Source: an uncultured delta proteobacterium (GTDB lineage Bacteria; Myxococcota_A; Polyangia; Fen-1088). Taken from it: a stretch of 64,000 nt of DNA. The stretch spans positions 288,001 to 352,000 of the forward strand of contig CAVYGB010000006.1 in the NCBI GenBank assembly GCA_963767925.1, written 5' to 3'. Of the stretch, positions 1-9,690 are shown piece by piece. The translations under genes were made by a program, and so were the position numbers. How positions within the stretch are numbered: position 1 is the stretch's first letter; the number at the start of each line of letters is the position of its first letter. A model generated the notes under the pieces. That model saw only the letters and a program-made list of their open reading frames with translations, had not been told where the DNA came from and made no database searches.

Positions 1-425
1 AAGGTGGCCTCGACCAGAGGCGGACTCGAGAGATCGAAGTCCCGGTGTCGCCCTCGCTGCAGCAGCTCCTCGAGCCGCTGTTCCTGATCGGCCCGGCTGA
101 GGTCCGACCAGTCATATTCCTGCCAGGGGAGCGCCACCCTCCGTAGCACCATCTGCCGCGGTTTGCCCTGCTCATCGGTCACGAAGCCGGTGCGCAGGAT
201 CTGGTGCCGGCCGATCACCTGCTCGAAGGACTGTCGAAACGCGGAGGCGTCGACTTCTCCCTCCAGGGCGTAGCTCTGCTGGTTGATATAGGCCCCGGAA
301 TTGGGGGCATTGAGACTGTAGAACAGCATCCCTTCTTGCAAGGGAGTGACGACGTAAACGTCCTCGATCCGTTCGTCAACCAGCGGCTGCGGCTTGAGCA
401 GGGCTGGTTTCGAGTTGAGTCTCAT
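1..425 (-). CDS. NRPS, N-terminal condensation domain (DCL-like), runs off the window edge
   Basis: Manual minus-strand translation from ATG at 425: MRLNSKPALL..IEDVYVVTPLQEGMLFYSL..GAYINQ..FEQVIGRHQILRTGF..PRQMVLRRVALPWQEYDWS..FDLSSPPL. Matches C-domain motifs C1 (IEDxYPLTPLQEGMLF) and C2 (RHxILRT). Not in the ORF track because there is no stop in the window. Confidence 0.88.
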   Translation of the reverse strand, partial: MRLNSKPALLKPQPLVDERIEDVYVVTPLQEGMLFYSLNAPNSGAYINQQSYALEGEVDASAFRQSFEQVIGRHQILRTGFVTDEQGKPRQMVLRRVALPWQEYDWSDLSRADQEQRLEELLQRGRHRDFDLSSPPLVEAT

Positions 426-728
426 GTTGCAGGTCGTTCCTTGGCTGGTTGGGGACGTTCGGGATCGCGCAAGCTTGGAGATGGGGCGGCGGCGCCGTCT
501 CCGGGCAGGCTGCCGCCAGGACCGCCTCATCCCCTTCCTCGCGCGTGCCGCTGACCCGAGCTGCCCGCGCGTTGCGAGCTGGCCGGTGAAGTCCGTCGCG
601 GCAGCTTCGTCCCGAGATTTGCCACGGCGACGATCGCGCCGCACGTCTGCATTTTCGGTACGTGGGGCAGAGGAAGGGCGCCGGCGGCGATTTGACTCGC
701 GCCCGTGGTCGGGGGAAGACTCCCGCCC

Positions 729-1757
729 ATGTCATACTCCCGACGAGGGATCCTCGCCCTGGCGGGCGCTGGCGCGGCGGCGCCGCTCGGGCGGCGGGCG
801 CGCGCGGACTGGGAGGCCAGCCAGCGGTACCCCGATCCGCGCATCCAGGTGCTCGATCCGGCGTTCGCCAAGTACCGGCTCAACCTGGCCAAGGTGGAGC
901 GGCTGGCCACCGGGTTTCGCTGGTGCGAGGGGCCGGTCTGGTTCGGGGACGGGCGCTACGCGCTGTTCAGCGACATCCCCAACAACCGGATCATGAAGTG
1001 GGAGGAGGAGACGGGGGAGGTCAGCGTGTTCCGCAAGCCGGCCAACTTCACCAACGGCAACACCCGCGACCGCCAGGGCCGCCTGCTGAGCTGCGAGCAC
1101 GGCACCCGCCGGATCACCCGCACCGAATACGACGGCTCGATCACCGTCGTCGCCGACCGCTTCGAGGGCAAGCCGCTCAACTCGCCCAACGACGTGGTCT
1201 GCCGGTCGGACGGGTCGATCTGGTTCACCGATCCGCCCTTCGGCATCCTGGGCTACTACGAGGGCTACCAGGCCAAGCAGGAGCTGCCGACCAACGTCTA
1301 CCGGGTCGACGGCAAGACCGGCAAGCTCACGGTGGCGACGGGTGACATCAGCCGCCCCAACGGCCTGGCCTTCTCGCCGGACGAATCGAAGCTGTACGTG
1401 GTGGAGGCCGGCACCACCCCCCGCATCATCCACTCCTTCGAGGTGGCCGACGGCGGCGCCCGGCTCACCGGCAAGCGCAAGCTCATCGACGCGGGCGCGG
1501 CCGGCACGCCCGACGGCCTCCGCTGCGACGTCGACGGCAACCTCTGGGTGGGCTGGGGCATGGGCAAGGAGGGGCTCGACGGGGTGATGGTGTTCTCGCC
1601 CGCTGGCAAGGCCATCGGCCGCATCGACCTGCCCGAGCGCTGCGCCAACCTCTGCTTCGCCGGGCCCCAGCGCAACCGGCTGTTCCTGGCTGGCAGCACC
1701 TCCATCTATTCGCTGTTCATCAACACCCAGGGCGCCGCCCCGCCCCGCACCGCCTAG
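729..1757 (+). CDS. SMP-30/gluconolactonase/LRE family protein, Tat-exported
   Basis: SRRGILAL twin-arginine signal; EGPVW, FSDIPNNRI, NSPNDVV, PNGLAFSPDE and PDGLRCD motifs. Confidence 0.92.
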   Translation: MSYSRRGILALAGAGAAAPLGRRARADWEASQRYPDPRIQVLDPAFAKYRLNLAKVERLATGFRWCEGPVWFGDGRYALFSDIPNNRIMKWEEETGEVSVFRKPANFTNGNTRDRQGRLLSCEHGTRRITRTEYDGSITVVADRFEGKPLNSPNDVVCRSDGSIWFTDPPFGILGYYEGYQAKQELPTNVYRVDGKTGKLTVATGDISRPNGLAFSPDESKLYVVEAGTTPRIIHSFEVADGGARLTGKRKLIDAGAAGTPDGLRCDVDGNLWVGWGMGKEGLDGVMVFSPAGKAIGRIDLPERCANLCFAGPQRNRLFLAGSTSIYSLFINTQGAAPPRTA

Positions 1758-1855
1758 AGAGCCCCGAACAATCACGGCTTTATCGACCGGTATCGGGGAG
1801 GTGCCCGATGCGGGCCGCCCGGCGCGTTAGCAGATTGGTTGCAGGGAGGCGTACC

Positions 1856-2437
1856 ATGTGGCTGATCGCGTTGTGGGTGTGGGGAGGGGCGCTGCCGGCC
1901 GGAGAGGCGGCGCCGGCCGGGGCGGTCGAGGAGCCGCTCGAGGCCGAGGTCGAGGCGGCCGCCGAGGCGGAGACCGGGGTGAACCAGGTGCCGGTGCGGA
2001 TCTACGTCCGCAACGAGATGAGCAATCGGCTGCGCCTGGTGGAGGCCCGGGTCGTGCTCGACGACATCGAGGTGGTGCACGAGACGGCGCGGCCGGCGCA
2101 GGAGCTGGAGCGCAGCTTCAGCGCGCTCGAGACGGTGGTGCCGCCCGGCGATCACGCCTTGACCGCGACCCTGGTCTACGTGGCGAAGAACGCCGGTCCC
2201 TTCAACTACCTCGAAGGCTACCGCTACCGGGTGCAGACGGTGTACCCGTTTTCCCTCGATGGGGTGCGGGAGCCGGCCTCCCTCCACCTGGTGGCGCGCG
2301 AGCGGCGGGGGCCCAACCTGGCGCCCGAGCGCCGGCTGGTGCTCGAGGCGATGAGCACCCCCGGATCGGGTGTCACGCCCCTGCCCGGCGTGACCCGGGC
2401 GAGCGGCCAGAACGTCGTCCGCGCCCCCGCGCCCTGA
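1856..2437 (+). CDS. Secreted hypothetical protein
   Basis: GGGAGG RBS before ATG 1856; hydrophobic N-terminus; beta-rich C-terminal domain; GC3-rich codons. Confidence 0.65.
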   Translation: MWLIALWVWGGALPAGEAAPAGAVEEPLEAEVEAAAEAETGVNQVPVRIYVRNEMSNRLRLVEARVVLDDIEVVHETARPAQELERSFSALETVVPPGDHALTATLVYVAKNAGPFNYLEGYRYRVQTVYPFSLDGVREPASLHLVARERRGPNLAPERRLVLEAMSTPGSGVTPLPGVTRASGQNVVRAPAP

Positions 2438-2491
2438 CCGGGCGATAGCTCTGGCGCCCGCACCGGGTATATTCCCCGCCAGGTGGAAGAC

Positions 2492-5386
2492 ATGGACGGC
2501 ACAGATCATGACAGGGCTGGCCGGGGCCGCAAGACGCCCCGGGTGGTCCTCGTGCTCGGCGCGATCGCGCTGGCGCTCGCGCTGATCGTGGTCGGCGCGG
2601 GCTTCGGCATCGAAGGCTTCGTCAACAAGAAGAAGGACGCCGCGCTCGCCGATCTGTCAGCGCAGCTCGGCCGGCCCGTGACGACGGGGCGGGTGCGGCT
2701 GGCGCTGCTGCGCGGGCGGGTGGAGGTGCGCGACATCCTGGTCGGGCGCGACCCCACCGTCCCCGCCGAGCCCGATCCCGCCTTCCACCTCGACCGGGCC
2801 TACCTGGCCATCGACCTCGGATCGGCCATCTCCTCCCTCGGCAAGCGGGTGGTCGTGCAGGACGTCCTCGTCGAGCGGCCGCTGGTGCAGGTCGTGCGCC
2901 ACCCGGACGGCACGCTCAACTGGCAGAAGATCGCCGAGCGGCTCGACACCGGCCCGCCGGAGGAGCCCGCGCCGCTGGACCCCGCCACCCGCGAGCGGGT
3001 CGAGGGGCTGGTGATCCGCAACGTGCGCATCGACGACGCCAAGATCCGGTTCGTCGACCTGGCCCGGCAGGGCGCGGCCGCCGAGATCGCCGACCTCGAT
3101 CTGGCGGTGGCCAACGTCTCGGTCAAGGGGCCCTTCGAGGCCCGCGTCTCGGCCGCCGTGCTGGCGGCCAGCAAGAACTTCGACTTCCGGGCCCGCTTCG
3201 CCGCCGCCCCCGCCGGGGGCGCCGAGCTGGCCGGGCCGCCGCTCGAGCAGGTCACGATCAAGCTCGAGCCGATGCCCCTGGCCCCCCTGGCCCCCTTCCT
3301 GGGTGCGCTGGCCGGCGCGGGCCTCGAGGAGCTCGCCGAGGGCAAGCTGGCGATGGACTTCCAGGCGGCGCCCGGCGCGGCGGCGCCCGGCGGGCGCGGC
3401 CCCACCTCGGTGCGGGGGTTCGTGGGCCTGGAGGGCCTCAAGTTCGCGGGCGGCGAGCGCTTCGACGCCCGCCTGCAGACCGACGTGGGCGGCGACCCTG
3501 GCCAGGGCACGCTCGAGGTCAACGAGATCAAGGCCCAGCTCGGCACCATGGGGCTGCGGATCACGGGCAAGCTGTCGGACCTGCAGGGGGCCCCGCGCGC
3601 CGACGCCCTCAGCATCGTGTCCGAGGGGCTCGACTTCACCCGCCTGCGCGGCTACTACCCGCCCCTCGACCGCACGGCGGGGGCCGAGCTGCGCGGGCCC
3701 TTCTCCATCGAGGCCCAGGGCCAGGGCAGCGCCGAGCAGCAGCGGCTGACCGCCCGCCTCGACCTCACCACCGCCTCGGTCAACGTGCCGGGGCAGCTCC
3801 GCAAGCCGGCCGGCACCCCCTTGCACCTGGAGCTGCGGGCCACCGCGGGGCCGGAGGTCGTGCGGGTCGAGCGGCTGGCCCTCACCTTCGCCAAGCTCGT
3901 GATGACCGCGACGGCCACCCTGCGCACCCAGGGCACCGGACCCAAGGCCCGGCGCACCTTCGAGGCCACCCTCGACGCCCCCACCTTCGCCGTCCGGGAG
4001 GTGGGCGCGCTGGTGGCCCCCAAGGAGACCGCGGATCTGCCCGACATGCGGGTGGCTTTCAAGGCGAAGGCCAGCGGCACGGTGGGCCGGCCGGAGAGCA
4101 TCAAGGCCGAGCTGCCCGAGCTGCGCCTGCTGTCGGGCAAGTCCGACCTGACCGGCCGCCTCAGCGTCGAGAACGCGGTCAAGCCGCGCATCAGCTTCGA
4201 CGGCCGGTCCAGGTACCTCGACGTCGACGACTTCGTCCCCGCCGCCAAGCCGGCGCCCGGCGCCGCCGAGGCGAAGAAGTCCGACGCCGCGGCCGGCAAG
4301 AAGGCCGCCGAGCCCCTGCCCCCCATCGTGCGGGACCTCGAGGGGACGGTGAAGCTGGCGGTCGAGCGCGGGCGCGCCTCGGGGATCGACTACCAGAACC
4401 TGCGCACCGACGTCACCCTCGAGCAGGGGCGGCTGCAGGCCCGCACCCTGGAGGTGGGGGCCTTCGGCGGGCGCTTCTCGGGCGCCGGCTCGGAGCTGCC
4501 GCTGCCGGGGGCGGCCGAGCCCTTCGTGGCCCGCGGCGAGGTCGAGGGGCTCGACGTGGCCGCGGTGATCGCCCACTTCTCGCGCGACACCGGCATCTTG
4601 ACCGGCAAGCTGAGCGGCAAGCTCGACCTCAACGGCGTCTCGCTCGAACCCGAGCAGATCCTGCGCACGCTCGGGGGCACCCTCAGCGGGCGGGTGGCGG
4701 ACGCCCAGTTCCTGCCGGCCAACCTCGTCGAGCCGATCATCCAGGCCCTCGAGACCGTCGCCAAGGGCCCCGCCCTGGCCGCGCTGCAGGGGGCCTCGGA
4801 GCGGGTCACCCTGCTGCGCGACCGGCGGCTGCGCGACCTGGCCGGTGGGCTCCGTTTCGCCGACGGGTCCATGACCATCACCACCCCGCTCAAGGCCCAG
4901 ACGCCGAGCGGGCCGCTCAGCCTCGCCGGACGCATCGGGCTCGACGGGGTGGCCGATCTCGACGCCGAGCTGGCGCTGTCGCCCGAGACCGCCTCCGCCA
5001 TCCTCGGCGGGCGGGCGCGCTTCGATGGGCCAGTGCCGGTGCAGCTTCGCATCGAGGGCCCCCTGCGCAAGCCGCGCATCCGCCCCCAGCAGCCCACCGC
5101 GCTGGCCAAGGTGTTCCTGACCGCGCTGGCCAAGTCGACCGCCGGCGAGGCGCTGCGGGCCAAGGCCAACGAGGTCAGCCAGCGGGCCAACGAGGCGGTC
5201 CAGCAGCAGACCGCCAGGGCCAACGAGGCCGCCGACAACGCCAGGAAGGCCGCCGAGCAGCGCGCCCGCGAGGAGGCCGAGAAGGCGCGCGAGGCCCGCA
5301 ACGCCGCCGAGCAGCGCGCCCGCGAGGAGGCCGAGAAGGCGCGCGAGGCCGCCGGCCGCAAGCTGCGCGGCATCCTTGGCCGCTGA
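2492..5386 (+). CDS. AsmA family protein with C-terminal coiled-coil repeats
   Basis: N-terminal TM anchor, LSAQLGRPV, VVRHPDGTLNW, long beta-groove-like repeats, GRIGLDG at the AsmA C-terminus; EQRAREEAEKAREA occurs twice at the end. Confidence 0.8.
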   Translation: MDGTDHDRAGRGRKTPRVVLVLGAIALALALIVVGAGFGIEGFVNKKKDAALADLSAQLGRPVTTGRVRLALLRGRVEVRDILVGRDPTVPAEPDPAFHLDRAYLAIDLGSAISSLGKRVVVQDVLVERPLVQVVRHPDGTLNWQKIAERLDTGPPEEPAPLDPATRERVEGLVIRNVRIDDAKIRFVDLARQGAAAEIADLDLAVANVSVKGPFEARVSAAVLAASKNFDFRARFAAAPAGGAELAGPPLEQVTIKLEPMPLAPLAPFLGALAGAGLEELAEGKLAMDFQAAPGAAAPGGRGPTSVRGFVGLEGLKFAGGERFDARLQTDVGGDPGQGTLEVNEIKAQLGTMGLRITGKLSDLQGAPRADALSIVSEGLDFTRLRGYYPPLDRTAGAELRGPFSIEAQGQGSAEQQRLTARLDLTTASVNVPGQLRKPAGTPLHLELRATAGPEVVRVERLALTFAKLVMTATATLRTQGTGPKARRTFEATLDAPTFAVREVGALVAPKETADLPDMRVAFKAKASGTVGRPESIKAELPELRLLSGKSDLTGRLSVENAVKPRISFDGRSRYLDVDDFVPAAKPAPGAAEAKKSDAAAGKKAAEPLPPIVRDLEGTVKLAVERGRASGIDYQNLRTDVTLEQGRLQARTLEVGAFGGRFSGAGSELPLPGAAEPFVARGEVEGLDVAAVIAHFSRDTGILTGKLSGKLDLNGVSLEPEQILRTLGGTLSGRVADAQFLPANLVEPIIQALETVAKGPALAALQGASERVTLLRDRRLRDLAGGLRFADGSMTITTPLKAQTPSGPLSLAGRIGLDGVADLDAELALSPETASAILGGRARFDGPVPVQLRIEGPLRKPRIRPQQPTALAKVFLTALAKSTAGEALRAKANEVSQRANEAVQQQTARANEAADNARKAAEQRAREEAEKAREARNAAEQRAREEAEKAREAAGRKLRGILGR

Positions 5387-5392
5387 GCGAAC

Positions 5393-6172
5393 ATGATCCC
5401 CTACTTCGATCAGCCGCGCCTGGCCCTGGGCCCCCTCACCATCCACGCCTTCGGCGTGCTGGTGGCGACCGCCGTGCTGGTGGGCTACCGGGTCTTCCGC
5501 CGGCAGGAGGACCGGCGCGGCCTGGACCGGCTGACCGGCGATCTCCTGTTCAGCTACATCGTCATGGCCGGGTTCGTGGGCGCCCACCTGGTCGACCGGC
5601 TGGTCTACTTCCCGGCCGAGACGCTGGACGACCCCTGGAGCCTCGTGCGCTTCTGGGACGGCCTCTCCTCGTTCGGCGGCTTCCTCGGCGCGGTGGTGGG
5701 GGCCTGGCTGTTCGCCCTGCGCCGGCGGCCCCCCGGGCTGGACGCCTGGCCCTATATCGACGCGGTCGCCTACGCCTTTCCGTTCGGCTGGATCTTCGGG
5801 CGCCTCGGCTGCTTCCTGGCCTTCGACCACCCGGGCGCGCCGACCGCCTTCGTGCTGGGGCAGCGTTACCGGGACGGCGTGATCCGCCACAACCTCGGCC
5901 TGGAGGAGGCCCTCTTCACGATCGCCCTGAGCGGCCTGTTCTTCCTGCTGGGGCGCCGGTCGCGCCCGGCCGGCTTCTACGTGGGCCTGCTGGCCATGGC
6001 CTACGCCCCCTTCCGGTTCGCCCTCGACTTCTGGCGCCTTGTCGATGTCCGCTACGGCGGGTTCACCCCCGGCCAGTGGGGGTGCCTGGCCCTCTTCCTG
6101 GTCGGCGCCTGGATCCTGCGCGTAAGCGCGCGCCGGCCGGCCCCGGTCACGACCCCGGCGCCGGCGGCCTGA
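5393..6172 (+). CDS. lgt: Prolipoprotein diacylglyceryl transferase family protein (atypical Lgt paralog)
   Basis: LGPLTIHAFG, WDGLSSFGG, GRLGCFL and YAPFRFALDFWR; multiple TM segments. Confidence 0.82.
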   Translation: MIPYFDQPRLALGPLTIHAFGVLVATAVLVGYRVFRRQEDRRGLDRLTGDLLFSYIVMAGFVGAHLVDRLVYFPAETLDDPWSLVRFWDGLSSFGGFLGAVVGAWLFALRRRPPGLDAWPYIDAVAYAFPFGWIFGRLGCFLAFDHPGAPTAFVLGQRYRDGVIRHNLGLEEALFTIALSGLFFLLGRRSRPAGFYVGLLAMAYAPFRFALDFWRLVDVRYGGFTPGQWGCLALFLVGAWILRVSARRPAPVTTPAPAA

Positions 6173-6256
6173 CCCCGGGTGCGAGGCGCGGCGCGGAGGG
6201 CGCCCTCGGGTCGGGCGCGGCATACTTGAAGGCCTGATCGAGGCACCGCTCCCATT

Positions 6257-6303
6257 GTTCGCCCTCGCCCCGCGGCAGCGGGGAGAGGGGGGGGTGAGGG
6301 GTC
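6257..6303 (+). repeat. BoxC/REP-like hairpin repeat, copy 1
   Basis: GTTCGCCCTCGCCCCGCGGCAGCGGGGAGAGGGGGGGTGAGGGGTC between convergent genes; further copies at 15089, 15218 and 45027. Confidence 0.85.
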
Positions 6304-6348
6304 CGGTGGCCGCGGTCGAATCTGTTCGGTGCGCGCGGCCGCGCGCGG

Positions 6349-7650
6349 TCAGCCTCGTTTCCAGGGTTCCTGGCCGCGCCACTTGGCCCAGGGGTCGTAG
6401 TCGGGATCGGGGGGCTCGACGGGGGGGCGCTCGGCTTCGGGGATGGCGGCCAGGTTGACCCGGATGCGGGTCCAGGTTGTCGAGCGGCCGCGCATGCCGT
6501 CGACCAGGTAGTCGGTGGGGCCCAGGCGCGGCACCAGCTCGGGGTGGCGGGCCTTCCAGCGCTCGAGGCCGGCCAGGGCGTCGGCCTTCTCGAGGGCCTT
6601 GGCGACGGTGATCAGCGCCTTGTTGGCGCGGCCCGCGCCGGGCTGGCCGCGCCGCCGCGACGGCGCCACCCGGGCCGGCTCGTCCTCGGTCTTCTGGTAG
6701 TGGGGCGGCCAGGGGGCGTCGCCCTGCCCCTCCGACGCCTGCCGGGCGGACAGCTCGAGCAGGGTGTCCAGGCTGCCCGGGTGGCGATCGATCTCGGCCG
6801 CCGGATCGCCCACCGCCAGCAGGCGCGCCGGCACGGTCAGCAGCGTGAAGTCGGCCGGGTTGCAGACCGGCACCTCGTCCCAGGTCAGCGGGGTCGAGAC
6901 GCGGGCGTCGGGCACCGGGCGCACCGAATAGGCCCCGGCGGTGGTGCGGTCCTTGGCGTTCTGGTTGTAGTCGAGGAAGACGCCCTTGCGCTCCTCCTTC
7001 CACCAGGCGCTGGTGGCCAGCCCGGGGGCGCGCCGCTCCACCTCGCGGGCCACCGCCAGGGCCGCCCGCCGCACCTGCTCGAAGCGCCAGCGCGGGTGCA
7101 GGCGCACGTTGAGGTGCATGCCCCGCGACCCGGAGGTCTTGGCGAAGGAGACCAGGCCGTGTTCGGCCAGGACCTCCCGGCTCAGCAGCGCCACCCGGCG
7201 GATCTCGTCCCAGCCGACGTCCGGGGAGGGATCGAGGTCGATGCGCAGCTCGTCGGGGTGGTCGAGGTCGCTGGCCCGGATGGCGTGGGGGTGCAGCTCG
7301 ATGCACCCCAGGTTGGCCACCCAGGCGAGCTGGGCGGCGTCGCGCAGCACCACCTCGGTCGCGGTGCGCCCCGAGGGGAAGGAGATGGTGACGGTGTCGA
7401 TCCAGTCGGGGCGCTTGTCGGGGGCCCGCTTCTGGTAAAAAGCCGGGCGCTCCGCGCCGTCGACGAAGCGGCGCAGGACGATGGGGCGCCCGCCGTTGTG
7501 CCGCAGGGCCACGTCGGCCACCTCGAGGTAATAGCGGACGAGCTGGAGCTTGCTGTAGCCGGCTTGCGGGAAGTAGATCTTGTCCGGGTTGCTGACCACG
7601 ACCTCGCGGCCAGCCACCGGCAACACCTCGCTCTTCTTCTTGGCGCTCAC
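6349..7650 (-). CDS. Stand-alone LigD-type primase-polymerase (AEP family, PolD/Prim-Pol-like)
   Basis: SNPDKIYFP, FYQKRAP, DELRIDLDP, KTSGSRGMH, FLDYNQN and AYSVRP motifs, plus a C-terminal LERWKARHP..VDGMRGRSTTWTRIRVNL domain. Confidence 0.9.
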   Translation of the reverse strand: MSAKKKSEVLPVAGREVVVSNPDKIYFPQAGYSKLQLVRYYLEVADVALRHNGGRPIVLRRFVDGAERPAFYQKRAPDKRPDWIDTVTISFPSGRTATEVVLRDAAQLAWVANLGCIELHPHAIRASDLDHPDELRIDLDPSPDVGWDEIRRVALLSREVLAEHGLVSFAKTSGSRGMHLNVRLHPRWRFEQVRRAALAVAREVERRAPGLATSAWWKEERKGVFLDYNQNAKDRTTAGAYSVRPVPDARVSTPLTWDEVPVCNPADFTLLTVPARLLAVGDPAAEIDRHPGSLDTLLELSARQASEGQGDAPWPPHYQKTEDEPARVAPSRRRGQPGAGRANKALITVAKALEKADALAGLERWKARHPELVPRLGPTDYLVDGMRGRSTTWTRIRVNLAAIPEAERPPVEPPDPDYDPWAKWRGQEPWKRG

Positions 7651-7679
7651 GCAGCTCCCCCGGCGATCATGGCTCTATC

Positions 7680-8804
7680 ATGCCGCAGCGATTTTACCCC
7701 CCCACCCGCCGCCAGCTCCTGCGCGGTCTGCTCGCCGCACCCCTGGTCAGACCGGAGGGGAACCCTCCCAGGGTTCCGCAGAAGATGAAACAGGAACCGC
7801 TGGAGCCAGCCTACGCGCTCGTCGACGAGGCGGTGAAGGCCGGCAAGGTGCAGGCGGCCGTGCTGCAGGTGCAGGCGGGCAAGACCACCTATCTGCGGGC
7901 CTTCGGCAGCGCCCGCACCAAGACGGTCTTCCTGCTGGCCTCGATCACGAAGCCGATGACGGCCGCGGCGGTGATGGCCCTCGTGGAGGCCGGGCGCCTG
8001 TCGCTCGACGATCCGGCCCAGAAATACGTGCCCGAGCTCGAGGGGCCAGAACGGGCGCGCATCAGCGTGCGCAGCCTGCTCGACCACAGCTCGGGGCTGC
8101 CCGACATGCCGCCGGACAACCTGGAGCTGCGGCGCCGCCAGGCCCCCCTGGCGGAGTTTCTCACCAGCGCCTGCCGGGCGCCGCTCCTGTTTCCCCCGGG
8201 CAGCGCGATCCGCTACCAGAGCATGGGCTTCCTGGTGGCCGGCACCATCGTGGAGCGGCTGACCGGCCTGCCCCTGCGCGAGCACCTGCGCAAGGTGCTG
8301 CTGGCCCCCCTGGCCCTGGCCGACACCTCGCTGGGCCTCGGTGGGCGGGCCCTGGCCGACACCGCGCCCTGTCAGGTGCCCGACGACCCGGGCGGCTGGA
8401 ACAGCCCCTACTGGCGCGACCTGGGCTCGCCCTGGGGCGGGGCCCACGGCACCGCCGCCGACCTGGTCCGCTGGCTGCGGTTCTTCGCCGCCCCCACCCC
8501 GACCCCCGGCACCCTCGAGCCGGAGACGGCCCGCGCGATGTCGACCCCCTCGGGTCCGGCCGGGAGCCGCGATCGGTACGGGCTCGGGTTCCGCCTGGAA
8601 ATGGGGGCCAAGGGCTGCAGCGAGCGGACCTTCGGGCACGGGGGCGCAACCGGGACCCTCGCCTGGACCGACCCGACCCGCGACCTCACCTTCGTCCTGC
8701 TGACGACCTGGCCGGCGGCCCAGTCCCAGGGCCCGCTGCTGACGCCGGTCTCCGAAGCGGTGGCGGCGGCCCTGATCGCGCCTCAGCCGGGAAAGCGCCG
8801 GTAG
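7680..8804 (+). CDS. Serine hydrolase, beta-lactamase class C family, Tat signal
   Basis: TRRQLL signal; SxxK (ASITK), LLDHSSGL, YxS (RYQS) and FGHGG motifs. Confidence 0.88.
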   Translation: MPQRFYPPTRRQLLRGLLAAPLVRPEGNPPRVPQKMKQEPLEPAYALVDEAVKAGKVQAAVLQVQAGKTTYLRAFGSARTKTVFLLASITKPMTAAAVMALVEAGRLSLDDPAQKYVPELEGPERARISVRSLLDHSSGLPDMPPDNLELRRRQAPLAEFLTSACRAPLLFPPGSAIRYQSMGFLVAGTIVERLTGLPLREHLRKVLLAPLALADTSLGLGGRALADTAPCQVPDDPGGWNSPYWRDLGSPWGGAHGTAADLVRWLRFFAAPTPTPGTLEPETARAMSTPSGPAGSRDRYGLGFRLEMGAKGCSERTFGHGGATGTLAWTDPTRDLTFVLLTTWPAAQSQGPLLTPVSEAVAAALIAPQPGKRR

Positions 8805-9685
8805 TCCGTGCCGGCGTGGGCCTGCCCGAACCGTTCGGGGTGGAGCATCTCGGCCAGGCGGGGGATGGTGGCGAACAGGCTGGGGCTCGAGCGGTTGAAG
8901 TAGAGGTTGCCGTCGGCGGCGTAACAGCGGCCGGCCGCGACGGCCTTCAGGGAGGCGAAGCCGGGACGGCGGGCCAGGGCGGGCAGCTCGGACAGGGCGC
9001 GTTCCAGGCCCCAGCCACAGGGCGCCACCACGAGGACGTCGGGATCGGCCGCCACCACGTCCTCCCAGGTGATGGTCCGGGAGTGGACGCCGAGGCTGCC
9101 GAGCAGGTCCTCGCCGCCGGCCAGGGCGACCAGCTCCGGGCCCCAGTTGCCCATGGCGAAGGGAGGATCGATCCACTCCAGGCAGACCACCCGCGGGCGG
9201 GGCAGCCCGGCGGTGCGCGCGCGCCAGCCGTCCAGCTCCGCGCGCAGGCGGGCGACAAGGGCGGCGCCGGCCTCCGGTCGGCCGATCACTTCGGCGACGG
9301 CCTGGAAGTCGGCCAGCACGCCGGCGAGGGTCCCCCCCTGGAAGGTCGCCACCCGCTGCCGGGCCGGGGTGGGCGCGCCCAGGGCCCCGGGACCCACCGC
9401 GCACACCTCGCAGTGGGTCTGGGTGATCACCACGTCGGGGGCCAGCGCGGCCAGCGCCGCCTCGTCGACCTGGTAGAGCGCTTCGCCCGCCCGGAGCTTG
9501 TCTCGCACGCGGCGGTCGATCTCCGCCGAGGTGCCGGCGATGTCGAAGGTGGGGCGGGAGAGCGCCGGCAGCCGCGTGACCCAGGGCGGGTGGTCGCACT
9601 CGTGCGAGCGGCCCAGCAGCTCGTCCCCCGCGCCGAGGGCCACCGCCAGCTCGGTTCCGCTGGCCAGCAACGAGACGATTCGCAT
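8783..9685 (-). CDS. Cobalamin/Fe-siderophore-type (BtuF-like) binding protein, no signal peptide
   Basis: Starts MRIVSLLASGTE at ATG 9685; GRSHECDHP, TQTHCEVCAV, LEWIDPP, PCG and DGNLYFNR motifs. Confidence 0.82.
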   Translation of the reverse strand: MRIVSLLASGTELAVALGAGDELLGRSHECDHPPWVTRLPALSRPTFDIAGTSAEIDRRVRDKLRAGEALYQVDEAALAALAPDVVITQTHCEVCAVGPGALGAPTPARQRVATFQGGTLAGVLADFQAVAEVIGRPEAGAALVARLRAELDGWRARTAGLPRPRVVCLEWIDPPFAMGNWGPELVALAGGEDLLGSLGVHSRTITWEDVVAADPDVLVVAPCGWGLERALSELPALARRPGFASLKAVAAGRCYAADGNLYFNRSSPSLFATIPRLAEMLHPERFGQAHAGTDYRRFPG

Positions 9686-9690
9686 GGACG

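Noticed and set aside
5249..5350. 54-bp-period direct repeat at the end of asmA
   Set aside because: In-frame coiled-coil duplication (AAEQRAREEAEKAREA), common at AsmA C-termini
2657..7306. 1549-aa minus-strand ORF, and similar giant ORFs at 17753-22717, 27493-30345 and 56509-59430
   Set aside because: Antisense shadows of real GC3-rich genes; low-complexity G/A/R/P sequence without motifs
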